Shown here: piece after piece, positions 7,414-15,921 of the stretch
Layout of the letters: the number at the start of each line of letters is the position of its first letter
How positions within the stretch are numbered: the first letter of the stretch is position 1
Origin: a virus
IMG/VR virus record: IMGVR_UViG_3300035524_000014
DNA length: 64,000 bases
Strand: one strand, 5' to 3'
The notes under the pieces: model-generated
The model's database searches: none
The model's input: the letters and a program-made list of their open reading frames with translations, nothing else
What the model was told of the DNA's origin: nothing
Position numbers and translations under genes: made by a program

Positions 7414-8722
7414 ACTGACCTTTAGTGATATCCATGATTTCTTTGATGGTGTAGGTTTCCTTCAGTTCACCTTGTGCAGCCACGAATTGCTTTGTGCCGA
7501 GAGCACACGCCCCGGTGATCACGCGGTAGGCTTCAATGGCTTGCTGAAAGGTGAATTCGTGGTCAAGAGCAAGACCTCTGTAATCACTTTTGTCTCTGTC
7601 TGAGATTTTGTAGATCAGGTCTTCGCGGGCTTCCCGAATGGTCGAACCGTGTGCATAGCGGCCTTCGCCGTCAGTCACAATATACGAGGTTTCGGGTTTT
7701 CCGATCTGCTTGACCTTCCAGACATTATCACGCTTGTTGATAACTTCGGAAAAGATCCCATCTACCAGAATATACCTGCCTTCCTGCCAAGTCAGCATAT
7801 CAGGAACTTTTCTGTTAATATGGTCGGTTTCCGTGATACATGTGTTTCGGAGGGCAATTCCCCTACCAACAGTCAGATTATCGGGTAGTTCCGTGATGTT
7901 TGTTCCTTCGAGGTCAAGAAAACCTCCGACAGTCAGATTGTCGGGCAGTGCCGTGATACCTGTGTTTTGGAGGTAGAGATTCCATCCGACGGTCATATTA
8001 TCAGGTAGTTCCGTGATGTTTGTTCCTTCGAGGTCAAGCCCACCACTAACAATCAGATTATCGGGCAATTCCGTGATGCCTGTGTTTCGGAGGTTAAGAT
8101 CTCCGCCAACAGTAAGATTATCGGGCAATTCTGCGATGTTCGTGCTTTGGAGGTCGAAATCACCCCCAATAGTCAGATTATCGGGCAACTTCTCGATGGG
8201 TGTGTTTCTGAGGTCAAGCCACCCCCCAACAGTCAGGTTATCAGGCAGTGCCGTGATGCCTGTGTTTCGGAGGGCAATTCCCCTACCAACAGTCAGATTA
8301 TCAGGCAATTCCGTGATGCCTGTGCCTTCAAGGTTAAGAAAACCTCCGATGGTCAGGTTATCGGGCAATTCTGCGATGTTCGTGCTTTGGAGGTCGAAAT
8401 CACCCCCAATAGTCAGATTATCGGGCAGTTCCGTAATGCCTGTGTCTTGGAGGCAGAGATTTTCTCCAATAGTCAGATTATCGGGCAACGCCATGATGTT
8501 CGAACCCCGGAGGTCAAGAAAATCTCCAATAGTCAGGTTATCGGGCAACTTCTCGATGGGTGTGTTTCTGAGGTCAAGCCAACCACCAATAGTCAAGTTG
8601 TCGGGCAGCGATGTGATGTCCAAACCCCAGAGGTCGATATCTCCGTCCAAATTGTACTTAGCATTTCCAACAATAAGGTAATTACCTTCTACATAAGCAA
8701 CCGTTTCATTCTTCTTGGACAT
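7379..8722 (-). CDS. LRR-like tandem-repeat protein, paralog C (full length)
   Basis: Thirteen repeats of ..LPDNLT(V/I)GGxLxLxxTxIT.. followed by a conserved C-terminal domain (..ETSYIVTDGEGRYAHGSTIREAREDLIYKISDRDKSDYRGL..). AAGGAG lies 8 nt before ATG 8722. In-frame alternatives are ATG 8728 and TTG 8746, the latter being the ORF-track start. Confidence 0.85.
   Translation of the reverse strand: MSKKNETVAYVEGNYLIVGNAKYNLDGDIDLWGLDITSLPDNLTIGGWLDLRNTPIEKLPDNLTIGDFLDLRGSNIMALPDNLTIGENLCLQDTGITELPDNLTIGGDFDLQSTNIAELPDNLTIGGFLNLEGTGITELPDNLTVGRGIALRNTGITALPDNLTVGGWLDLRNTPIEKLPDNLTIGGDFDLQSTNIAELPDNLTVGGDLNLRNTGITELPDNLIVSGGLDLEGTNITELPDNMTVGWNLYLQNTGITALPDNLTVGGFLDLEGTNITELPDNLTVGRGIALRNTCITETDHINRKVPDMLTWQEGRYILVDGIFSEVINKRDNVWKVKQIGKPETSYIVTDGEGRYAHGSTIREAREDLIYKISDRDKSDYRGLALDHEFTFQQAIEAYRVITGACALGTKQFVAAQGELKETYTIKEIMDITKGQYGHDAFVEFFA
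7835..8645 (-). repeat. Thirteen tandem 66-nt LRR-like coding repeats in paralog C, with embedded exact 70-nt and 41-nt duplications
   Basis: Thirteen LPDN units can be counted in the translation. 8118-8187 equals 8358-8427 exactly, and 8181-8221 equals 8541-8581. Confidence 0.9.
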
Positions 8723-8755
8723 TTTCATTTCTCCTTTTTGTTTCAAGATGATTAG

Positions 8756-8784
8756 GTTCTAGCAAAGAAGGAGAAGATTGTCAA
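8756..8784 (-). promoter_or_regulatory. Sigma70-like promoter for LRR paralog C
   Basis: Reverse strand reads TTGACA (8779-8784), 17 nt, then TAGAAC (8756-8761). The -10 overlaps the TAG stop of the upstream receiver-like gene. Confidence 0.6.
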
Positions 8785-9106
8785 GAAGTTTTTTATATTT
8801 AAGATAACTATTTAGTTTACTTTCAATGTTTAACTTACCTACCGGGTTAGCGGAATGTACATGATACATAAGGTTGGATATGTTAATATGTCCATCAAGA
8901 TCATATTCAATAAGCCAATCTACGAATTTAATAGCAGTATCCTCTCCTCCAAGGTCGTGGTCAAAGGATATATAGTTTGGTACTCCATGTTCCTTTACAT
9001 AAGAAATGGCTTCTCCAGATGTACGCACGATTTTCCGCTCTTCGCAGGGGGATACAGTTTTGGGAATACGAAGGTCATCAATAAACAGCGCATAAGACAT
9101 TTTCAT
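8759..9106 (-). CDS. Receiver-like domain protein (cREC-type, cyclic-phosphate-processing receiver family)
   Basis: Motifs FIDDLRIP, ISFDHDLGGE and HSANPVG occur in the order typical of that family. This rests on my recollection of the family, not a search. Confidence 0.5.
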   Translation of the reverse strand: MKMSYALFIDDLRIPKTVSPCEERKIVRTSGEAISYVKEHGVPNYISFDHDLGGEDTAIKFVDWLIEYDLDGHINISNLMYHVHSANPVGKLNIESKLNSYLKYKKLLDNLLLLC

Positions 9107-9178
9107 TTCTCCTTTTTTGTTTTAATGGGGGTAACCATTTTATATAGAAATGTCAAGAAAAATTTATTAAAGTTCTTC

Positions 9179-9207
9179 TTGACATTTAATTCAGTTTAGT
9201 ATAGGTT
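9179..9207 (+). promoter_or_regulatory. Possible early promoter for the plus-strand module
   Basis: CTTGACA (9179-9184), 17 nt, then TAGGTT. The -10 is only a partial match. Confidence 0.35.
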
Positions 9208-9230
9208 GCTCGAAAAATAAGGAGAAGTAG

Positions 9231-9467
9231 ATGATTAAAGGGCCAGTTAATTCACAAATAACTGCGCTTCGGATTCTAAAGTCAGATCGATCTTGTGATG
9301 TAGTGGTTATTGAATTTGAAAATATACGCAGTGGGGTATTCCCATATAATGGGCCTCTCCGTGCATATTTTGAGGTAGGCCAAGGTAACGGTGTGGATTA
9401 TGTTCAGCAGAATTTTCCTGATATTCCTATTTATACGGAAGATATTGGAAAGAGCTTACTCATTTGA
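9231..9467 (+). CDS. Hypothetical early protein
   Basis: A 78-aa ORF with AAGGAG 6 nt upstream of the ATG. Confidence 0.6.
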   Translation: MIKGPVNSQITALRILKSDRSCDVVVIEFENIRSGVFPYNGPLRAYFEVGQGNGVDYVQQNFPDIPIYTEDIGKSLLI

Positions 9468-9633
9468 TTAATAAAATAGGAGAGAACGCTATCAAGAATT
9501 TGATGGTATGGGTCGGATGTAAAAAGTCTCGCAAAGAAAAATATGCAGAAGAATCTAAGAAAAGTTATGATATTTTTGTTGACAAAGGTTTGATTTAGGA
9601 GTAGTGTGTAAAATAATAAAAATAGGAGTTAAA

Positions 9634-9882
9634 ATGAAAAATAAAATGGGCCACCTTATCTCAAAATGTATTAAGGTAATTCAGAGTTGTAACACAAAAG
9701 AGCAGTTAAATACTGCGGAGAGGTATATCTACTTAGCGAAAAAACGACTACGAAAAAGTGAGAATCCTATTGTGTTAGATTTGGTTTTTTATGAAATGAA
9801 TAGATATTTTTATACACAAGAATGGAAGATTGCTAATGACAATACCGTCGATTTTGCGCCATGTTCGGAAGGAAGCTCATAA
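9634..9882 (+). CDS. Hypothetical protein
   Basis: TAGGAG lies 6 nt before ATG 9634; the ORF-track start at 9604 is a GTG. A possible promoter sits upstream: TTGACA 9579-9584, 17 nt, TAGTGT. Confidence 0.5.
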   Translation: MKNKMGHLISKCIKVIQSCNTKEQLNTAERYIYLAKKRLRKSENPIVLDLVFYEMNRYFYTQEWKIANDNTVDFAPCSEGSS

Positions 9883-10201
9883 ATGTGAGATGCGACACCG
9901 ACTTGGCGCGGTTGTAATAAAAAATGGTAAGATTATTTCCACGGGCCATAATCAGAAAAGATATGTAAAATCATTGAAGAAAACATGGCGGTCTAGGGAA
10001 GACAGTGTATGTGCCGAACGCATGGCCCTGCTGAAATGTCTTGACAAAGCTAGGGGGGCTGTGTTATATGTAGGTCGCGTTAACAATGACGGCGATTTCC
10101 TCTTGGCTAAGCCTTGTGACGCCTGTATGCGAATGATTGAGGATTTGGGGGTTAAGAGAGTTTTTTATACGGACTATAGTGGTCAATTTATGGAGGCGTA
10201 A
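9836..10201 (+). CDS. dCMP (deoxycytidylate) deaminase
   Basis: Zinc motifs VCAERMA (C/HAE) and KPCDACMRM (PCxxC), with RLGAVVIKNGKIISTGHN upstream. Confidence 0.8.
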   Translation: MTIPSILRHVRKEAHKCEMRHRLGAVVIKNGKIISTGHNQKRYVKSLKKTWRSREDSVCAERMALLKCLDKARGAVLYVGRVNNDGDFLLAKPCDACMRMIEDLGVKRVFYTDYSGQFMEA

Positions 10202-10381
10202 GTGGTAAAAATAATTACTAAACCATGTGAAGAATGTGAATATTCAGAAATCAAAGAAAAACAGTGGTCAGATATTTTTCCTTGGATGGAGGAGGGTAAG
10301 ATCGCCACTGTCCTTATTTGTAGCAAAGCAGAATGTCCTTTTGAAGAGGATATTGAGGAAAGGGAAGATGATAAGGAATAA
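10202..10381 (+). CDS. Small Cys-containing acidic protein (59 aa, GTG start)
   Basis: GGAGG lies 5 nt before GTG 10202. Product VVKIITKPCEECEYSE...CSKAECPFEEDIEEREDDKE*, with CxxC and CxxxC pairs. Confidence 0.45.
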   Translation: MVKIITKPCEECEYSEIKEKQWSDIFPWMEEGKIATVLICSKAECPFEEDIEEREDDKE

Positions 10382-10398
10382 TATATAAGAGGTAATAT

Positions 10399-10605
10399 AT
10401 GAAAAACAATATTAAGATTTTTGAACATGCAGAGTTAGGGGATATTCGAGTTATTCAAGGGGAAGATAATGAGCCGTGGTTCGCAGCTAAGGATATTTGT
10501 GAAACTCTTGGATTTATTCGACCATCTGACGCTTTGCGGGGGTTAGATTCTGACGTCGATTTACTCAAATGGGAGGGAGTTTGTACTCAACCTTGTGGAG
10601 TGTGA
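10399..10605 (+). CDS. Bro-N (antirepressor N-terminal) domain protein, short or truncated
   Basis: IKIFEHAELGDIRVIQGEDNEPWFAAKDICETLGF matches the Bro-N pattern. Only 68 aa, so the usual C-terminal domain is missing. Confidence 0.55.
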   Translation: MKNNIKIFEHAELGDIRVIQGEDNEPWFAAKDICETLGFIRPSDALRGLDSDVDLLKWEGVCTQPCGV

Positions 10606-10620
10606 TTAAGGAGAATATAA

Positions 10621-11205
10621 ATGAAAACAAAAATTGAATATGAAGCCCAAAACGGAACAGCAACGAAAGAATATCTTGATAAACGCAATTGGGAGATATA
10701 TGAAAGACGCTTGAATGAGATTTCAAAAGGCAAATTTAATTCATTTAATGACGAGAAGGACTTTTATCTTGAAATTGGCCCCCCTTTGAAAAAATACACA
10801 AGGACCATTGCTATTAGACGACACTGTGTGGAATGCTCTGGACAAAGTAGTGAAAAGATTGATTGTGATTTGAAGTGGGGGAAGTATTATAGTGGAGTAT
10901 ATCCTGAAGGATGCCCATTGAATCCGTGGACAAGGGGAGTTCGGTATATTCCGGCTGGGTCACAAAAAATTACACAAAAGAAAGCAATTATGCTTCGTTG
11001 CCGAATGTGTCAAGGTGGTGGTACTCTTGAAAATGTTCGTCAATGTCCTAACTTCCTGTATGTAGACGAGAATGGAAATGAACAAGGGTGTTCGATTCAT
11101 CCATACAGGTACGGTGCAAACCCTTGGTATGGGACTAAGATGACTGAGGAAGAGAAGGAAGAGTTTCGTGAAAGGCTTGCTAAAATGAGAGATAAAAAGA
11201 AATAA
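10621..11205 (+). CDS. Cysteine-rich hypothetical protein (two similar Cys modules)
   Basis: RRHCVECSG..CDL..GCPLNPWTRG and LRCRMCQGG..QCPN..GCSIHPYRYGANPW. Confidence 0.55.
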   Translation: MKTKIEYEAQNGTATKEYLDKRNWEIYERRLNEISKGKFNSFNDEKDFYLEIGPPLKKYTRTIAIRRHCVECSGQSSEKIDCDLKWGKYYSGVYPEGCPLNPWTRGVRYIPAGSQKITQKKAIMLRCRMCQGGGTLENVRQCPNFLYVDENGNEQGCSIHPYRYGANPWYGTKMTEEEKEEFRERLAKMRDKKK

Positions 11206-11223
11206 AAAATAAAGGAGTTAAAA

Positions 11224-11670
11224 ATGAAAGACTCCCTTGGGAGAAAAAACAACAGGAAATTAATTGATAAGACGTGTCCTGTTTGTGGATGTGTTTTTCG
11301 TCCAAGAAGTAAAAAAAGCAAATATTGCTCCAGGCCGTGTATGTGGTCTAAAAACGGCGGTCACAACAAGAAAAAAGAGTCGTGGTGGACTAATAATAGA
11401 GGGTATGTTGAAGGGCGTGTGTGGGTTGATGACTGCACTCAGATAAGAGTAAAGCAACATAGATATATAATGAGTCAGTATCTAGGAAGGCAACTTGATG
11501 ACTGTGAGGACGTACACCATGTTGACGGTAACAGGTCTAATAACCATATTGACAACCTTGAGCTTGTTTTGCATGGTGAGCATACAAGGATCACTAATAG
11601 TCAAAGGGTGTACAGAAGTGGGTATAAAATAAAGCTGTCTAGTCAAGACAAAGAACGTAAAAAAAGGTGA
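11224..11670 (+). CDS. HNH homing-type endonuclease
   Basis: N-terminal CPVCG zinc ribbon; HNH core DVHHVDGNRSNNHIDNLELVLHGEH. Confidence 0.8.
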   Translation: MKDSLGRKNNRKLIDKTCPVCGCVFRPRSKKSKYCSRPCMWSKNGGHNKKKESWWTNNRGYVEGRVWVDDCTQIRVKQHRYIMSQYLGRQLDDCEDVHHVDGNRSNNHIDNLELVLHGEHTRITNSQRVYRSGYKIKLSSQDKERKKR

Positions 11671-11682
11671 AGGAGGGATTCG

Positions 11683-11823
11683 ATGAAAAATGTTGATTGG
11701 GGGGCCGTGTTAAGATTACTTAAAGCCACGCGAATAGCCGATACAGTATATTTGTCTACACATCATGCCGCTATGCTTTCTCCATATTGGGAAGATGTAT
11801 TAAAAAAGGAGAACAAAGATTGA
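11683..11823 (+). CDS. Hypothetical 46-aa protein
   Basis: AGGAGGG lies 5 nt before ATG 11683. Product MKNVDWGAVLRLLKATRIADTVYLSTHHAAMLSPYWEDVLKKENKD*. Confidence 0.45.
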   Translation: MKNVDWGAVLRLLKATRIADTVYLSTHHAAMLSPYWEDVLKKENKD

Positions 11824-13388
11824 GTGAAGACAAAAAGACAATCAAAATAAAAAAAGTTGACATGGAAACTGAAAAGAAAATTCTTATTGGACTGATAACC
11901 AATAAGCGTTTTTGTCTCAATGTTTACCCCATTCTAAACACTGAGTTTTTGTCAGCTTCCTATTCAAAGAGAATTGCCGATTGGTCAGTTGACTATTTTA
12001 AGCGATATAATGAACCGATTGGTGAGCATATTCAGGATGTATTTAACAGAGAAGAAACCAATCTTCCTGAAGAAGAAAGTTCTCTGATTAAAGAACTCCT
12101 TTTGCATATTTCCATGATGTTTGATGAAGAAGATAATTCTTTCAACGCAAACTACTGGACTGATAAAACTCTAAATTATCTAAAGAAAAAAGGGCTTGAA
12201 AAAACTATTGAAGGAGTAAATAATAACCTCTCTCTGAACCGAATTGAAGAAGCAGAGAGGTCTTTGTTTTCATATAACAAAACGTCTATGGAAACAAGTC
12301 GAATCAAATCAATGGAAAATATTGACGAAGTTGCTGAATCTGTTTTTGATAAAGAGTCAGTCGAACTTGCTACTTATCCCGGAGATATAGGAAAGATCAT
12401 GGGACCGCTTAGGCGAAGGGGTGTCCATGCTATCTTTTCTACAGGTAAGGGAGGTAAAACATTCTTTCTGGTTGAATTGGTACTTCTCGCCGCTCGGAAA
12501 GGACATAAAGTTTTGATTTCAAGTCACGAAATGAGTACGCAAGAGGTGTGGCAGAGAATCGTTATGCAGCTCACACAACGCCCATATGATCCGGCTAAAT
12601 CTATTGGTAAATATGGTGTTTTTGATTGTGTATCCAACAGGGTTAGCAAGTGTAGGCTTCCGCAGAGAATCAACCATCAAAAATATCTAACTGGAAGAAA
12701 AGGTGAAGAGGAAATTAACCCAAATTATCTTCCCTGTGATGTATGTAGAGGAAAAAGCGATTGGTATGTTCCTACGTTTTTTCTGAAAGAACAAGAGAAG
12801 CCACACCTCACTAAAGATTATACTAAGAAACGCCTTGAGAAATTCTTGAAATGGGAGGGCGGCAAGAACATTCGTATTGTTTCATTTCCACAGTTTACGG
12901 CAAACTTTAAAGATATTGAACAGGCGTTTACCTATCTTAGAGATGTTGAAAATTTTGATGTTTCTATGATTGCCGACGATTATATCAATGCACATAAATT
13001 GAATAATAAAGATCGTCGATTGGCTTTGATCGAGGAGTGGCATGAAGCTAAGAGAATGGCAGACGAAAACGATATTTGCATTGTTTCTCCCTTGCACAGT
13101 AACAGGGACGGCATGAGAAGTGATTCTTTAGATGCCTCTCATATTTCAGAGTGTCAGGATATTTATAACACAATCACATCTATGGTTGCAATGGACACTA
13201 CCCCCGAACTGGATGCCTACAATGTTGTTCGTATGAGGAAATTGGCAGATCGTTTTGGTGGATACAACAAACAAGAGTTCTGTTATATTACACAATGTCT
13301 TGATCACGGAATGTTTTGTAAAGACAGTTGGTTGTCTGAATTTAATGATAAGAGTTCCGCTTTTGATAAGGATAAAAAGAAAAAATAG
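11820..13388 (+). CDS. Replicative DNA helicase (DnaB/gp4-like RecA-fold)
   Basis: Walker A FSTGKGGKTFF, Walker B-like SMIADDY, a DnaB-like N-terminal region and an internal Cys cluster. AGGAG lies 8 nt before TTG 11820. Alternative starts are 11787 (ORF track) and ATG 11862. Confidence 0.75.
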   Translation: MSEDKKTIKIKKVDMETEKKILIGLITNKRFCLNVYPILNTEFLSASYSKRIADWSVDYFKRYNEPIGEHIQDVFNREETNLPEEESSLIKELLLHISMMFDEEDNSFNANYWTDKTLNYLKKKGLEKTIEGVNNNLSLNRIEEAERSLFSYNKTSMETSRIKSMENIDEVAESVFDKESVELATYPGDIGKIMGPLRRRGVHAIFSTGKGGKTFFLVELVLLAARKGHKVLISSHEMSTQEVWQRIVMQLTQRPYDPAKSIGKYGVFDCVSNRVSKCRLPQRINHQKYLTGRKGEEEINPNYLPCDVCRGKSDWYVPTFFLKEQEKPHLTKDYTKKRLEKFLKWEGGKNIRIVSFPQFTANFKDIEQAFTYLRDVENFDVSMIADDYINAHKLNNKDRRLALIEEWHEAKRMADENDICIVSPLHSNRDGMRSDSLDASHISECQDIYNTITSMVAMDTTPELDAYNVVRMRKLADRFGGYNKQEFCYITQCLDHGMFCKDSWLSEFNDKSSAFDKDKKKK

Positions 13389-13466
13389 AAAAAAAGTTCT
13401 TGACAAAATTCAATAAATATGTAAAGAAGGAGGATCAGCTTGGACTAACGAAGAATAAGGAGTAAT

Positions 13467-14033
13467 ATGCTTAACAGTTCACCAATCATAATCTTTCTCT
13501 TGTCACTTTCATTTCTACCCGCAACCGAACATTCAAAATATGACGGGCAAATCAACCGTGAATTTTTGAAAAGTCGAATAGAGTTGATGATGGGGCTGAC
13601 AGGAGAAGAAAAGTCTGATATGTTCACCTACCTTCTTTTAGGGACTGCTGCTGTAGAAAGTGACATGGGGAGTAATCTTGGAAACGGTAAATATGATTTT
13701 GGTGTATACCAAATAAACAAATCAACATATATTGATATAAAGAAAAGAATATTACCGAGACATAAGAATATTCAAAAGTTGATCTATAAATACATTGAGG
13801 CTTACGGTGAAGAACGCTGTGTACATCTCATTGAATATCAAATACTTTTGGCAATGGTTTATTATAAAGAGAGAACCAATAGGGAGTTTGATAGAGACGT
13901 AATTATAGGAAAAATAACCGAAGATCAGATTTGGTCCCTTGCGTGGTACTGGAAGACTGTGTATAATTCACGTTTAGGTAAAGGGAAAACAGAACATTTC
14001 TATAAAAAATTTAAAAAATATATTCTCGGATAA
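13467..14033 (+). CDS. Secreted lytic transglycosylase-like (SLT domain) protein
   Basis: N-terminal hydrophobic signal, then LLLGTAAVESDMG...FGVYQIN, which matches the SLT ES / (G)xxQ pattern. Confidence 0.5.
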   Translation: MLNSSPIIIFLLSLSFLPATEHSKYDGQINREFLKSRIELMMGLTGEEKSDMFTYLLLGTAAVESDMGSNLGNGKYDFGVYQINKSTYIDIKKRILPRHKNIQKLIYKYIEAYGEERCVHLIEYQILLAMVYYKERTNREFDRDVIIGKITEDQIWSLAWYWKTVYNSRLGKGKTEHFYKKFKKYILG

Positions 14034-14048
14034 GGAGGCATTATACTT

Positions 14049-14819
14049 ATGAATTTTTCTACCTCAGAAGACAAGAAAGGACTGTGGCCCCCAAAGGTCG
14101 GTCAGTGGGTTAAGGCATTAACCCCTGCCGGGAGTGACTACCTACTAGGAGTAGTGAAGAAATTGCATTATCACTCCAGATGGAGTAGCTTTTGGAATCA
14201 GTTGTTTGAGGACTTGAAGTATATAACTCTCATAGGCACGGATCAACGAAGCCATACTTATGCTGTTTCTAACGTCTTCTCTGTCAAGAGGTCTGAAATT
14301 CCTACCGTCAGACCTGTTATGACAAAGAGTGGCCGCGAGATAGACAAGTATAGCAACGTCGTTTATGAAAGACTCCGCTTGATACGGGACTTGCAAGCAT
14401 ATTTATATGCAACCAAATTATACTTTGACAGGGAATTTTTTGCAGTATGGAAAGGAAACGCAGATAGAGACGAATCTAATTTTGACCTTAAAGGGTGGGC
14501 TTTGTTTAAAGTAGTCAATGGAAGGGCTAAACGCATCACTTTGAAAGTGAATGTACCTTCCATTCACTGCGTTGATATGACTCTGAAAGATATTGTGATC
14601 GAATCATACCGGGATGTGGATAAGCTTTATGCGTTGGAATCTAAATGTGACTTGTATACGATGAGCAATGAAGTCCCTATGTTTTACATTAGAAAGGTAA
14701 AAGTGTACGCCGAACTCATAAAAATTCGACGAGCCTATATTCCTGCTATGCAAAAGCTCCCTTTGGAAACATATTATCCGCAAGACACCTATGAAACATT
14801 TGGGTTTAGGAGGAAGTAA
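14049..14819 (+). CDS. Hypothetical protein
   Basis: A 256-aa ORF with AAGGAGG upstream. Its stop overlaps the start of the radical SAM gene (TAATG). Confidence 0.6.
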   Translation: MNFSTSEDKKGLWPPKVGQWVKALTPAGSDYLLGVVKKLHYHSRWSSFWNQLFEDLKYITLIGTDQRSHTYAVSNVFSVKRSEIPTVRPVMTKSGREIDKYSNVVYERLRLIRDLQAYLYATKLYFDREFFAVWKGNADRDESNFDLKGWALFKVVNGRAKRITLKVNVPSIHCVDMTLKDIVIESYRDVDKLYALESKCDLYTMSNEVPMFYIRKVKVYAELIKIRRAYIPAMQKLPLETYYPQDTYETFGFRRK

Positions 14820-15523
14820 TGAAAGAACTTTTCCTAAACATCACCAACATATGTCCGAACTCATGTTCTTTTTGTTACAATTCAGGAATACACTATCAGG
14901 ATATGACCTCTCATTTCCTTGAGCAAATACTTTCTACAATTGAACCAGACATAAAAAAGGTGACTTTCATAGGAGGTGAGCCTACTATTCACCCTGAAAT
15001 ACTCACGCTATTGGGAATAGTTAAGGACTATGGAATGAAGACAATCCTATGGACCTCTGGTACTTTCGAGGTTGGGCACCTGCTAGCAAAGACCGATGAA
15101 CTTCGAGTGAGTCGTAATGGCTTCTCAGACGAGCACTGTTCAGTTATTCTAGGTAACCCATGCCTTTCAAGAGTTACGCTCCGACAGTATATGAAAGAGA
15201 CAAACCTAGTAATCACATGTATTCCGGGTCTTGGAGGTATTACTACAGAGAAATTTTTCTGGAAATGGTATAACTACTACTCCGAGTGTTCACCTGCAAA
15301 GTTTCTTATACTTCCAGTTAACTCTGAAGACCCTAGTCTAGTTTATTTTGGTAAATCACTTACAGATACTATTCGTCCGAACCTCCCTAATAATGTGTTT
15401 GAGGAGATAGACTACGAATCGGATATGCGCCCCGGTTGGAATGATTACTATGCCGTAGGAGATAAATTATTCAGGTCATATACTCAGGGAAACATAACAG
15501 AACTAAGAAAAGTTATACTATAA
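14819..15523 (+). CDS. Radical SAM domain protein (minimal, function unknown)
   Basis: CPNSCSFC (CxxxCxxC) at residues 12-19, followed by VTFIGGEPTIHPE. Confidence 0.7.
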   Translation: MKELFLNITNICPNSCSFCYNSGIHYQDMTSHFLEQILSTIEPDIKKVTFIGGEPTIHPEILTLLGIVKDYGMKTILWTSGTFEVGHLLAKTDELRVSRNGFSDEHCSVILGNPCLSRVTLRQYMKETNLVITCIPGLGGITTEKFFWKWYNYYSECSPAKFLILPVNSEDPSLVYFGKSLTDTIRPNLPNNVFEEIDYESDMRPGWNDYYAVGDKLFRSYTQGNITELRKVIL

Positions 15524-15684
15524 TTATTATAATTATTATAAGTATTATGATTACTATTAACCTCGTCATTAGTTCAACTACAAAACTCGCCTTTGGAAAT
15601 ATTTAGATCAGTGCGGCGAATATTTAACTGAAATTATATAAAAACTACTAAAGACTAACCTTAGTAAAAGAAGGAGAAATGTAG

Positions 15685-15921
15685 ATGACAATAAAGAGGT
15701 ATTATGTACCGTCGGACACAGAACCTACTTGGTTTGGTTGTAAAGATGGTAATATGGTTTATTATAAGGATTATGAACAATTAAAGGATGCTGTGGCGGA
15801 TGTTCTTAAGTTAATAAAAGATAAAAAATTGGTAGCATTAAATCAGTCAGACGATGTTTTCGTAGATATAAAAAATAAACTAATGAAAGTATATGATTTT
15901 ATTAACGAAGGAGATATTTAA
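15685..15921 (+). CDS. Hypothetical protein
   Basis: A 78-aa ORF with AAGGAG upstream. Confidence 0.55.
   Translation: MTIKRYYVPSDTEPTWFGCKDGNMVYYKDYEQLKDAVADVLKLIKDKKLVALNQSDDVFVDIKNKLMKVYDFINEGDI

Noticed and set aside
1-8746. Diversity-generating retroelement acting on the LRR genes.
   Set aside because: There is no reverse transcriptase ORF and no template-repeat/variable-repeat pair with adenine-specific differences. The variation is in repeat copy number rather than in targeted substitutions.
9107-9178. A minus-strand promoter for the receiver-like gene at TTGACA (9151-9156).
   Set aside because: The hexamer 17 nt downstream is TACCCC, and no acceptable -10 appears at a 16-18-nt spacing, so it is not reported as a feature.
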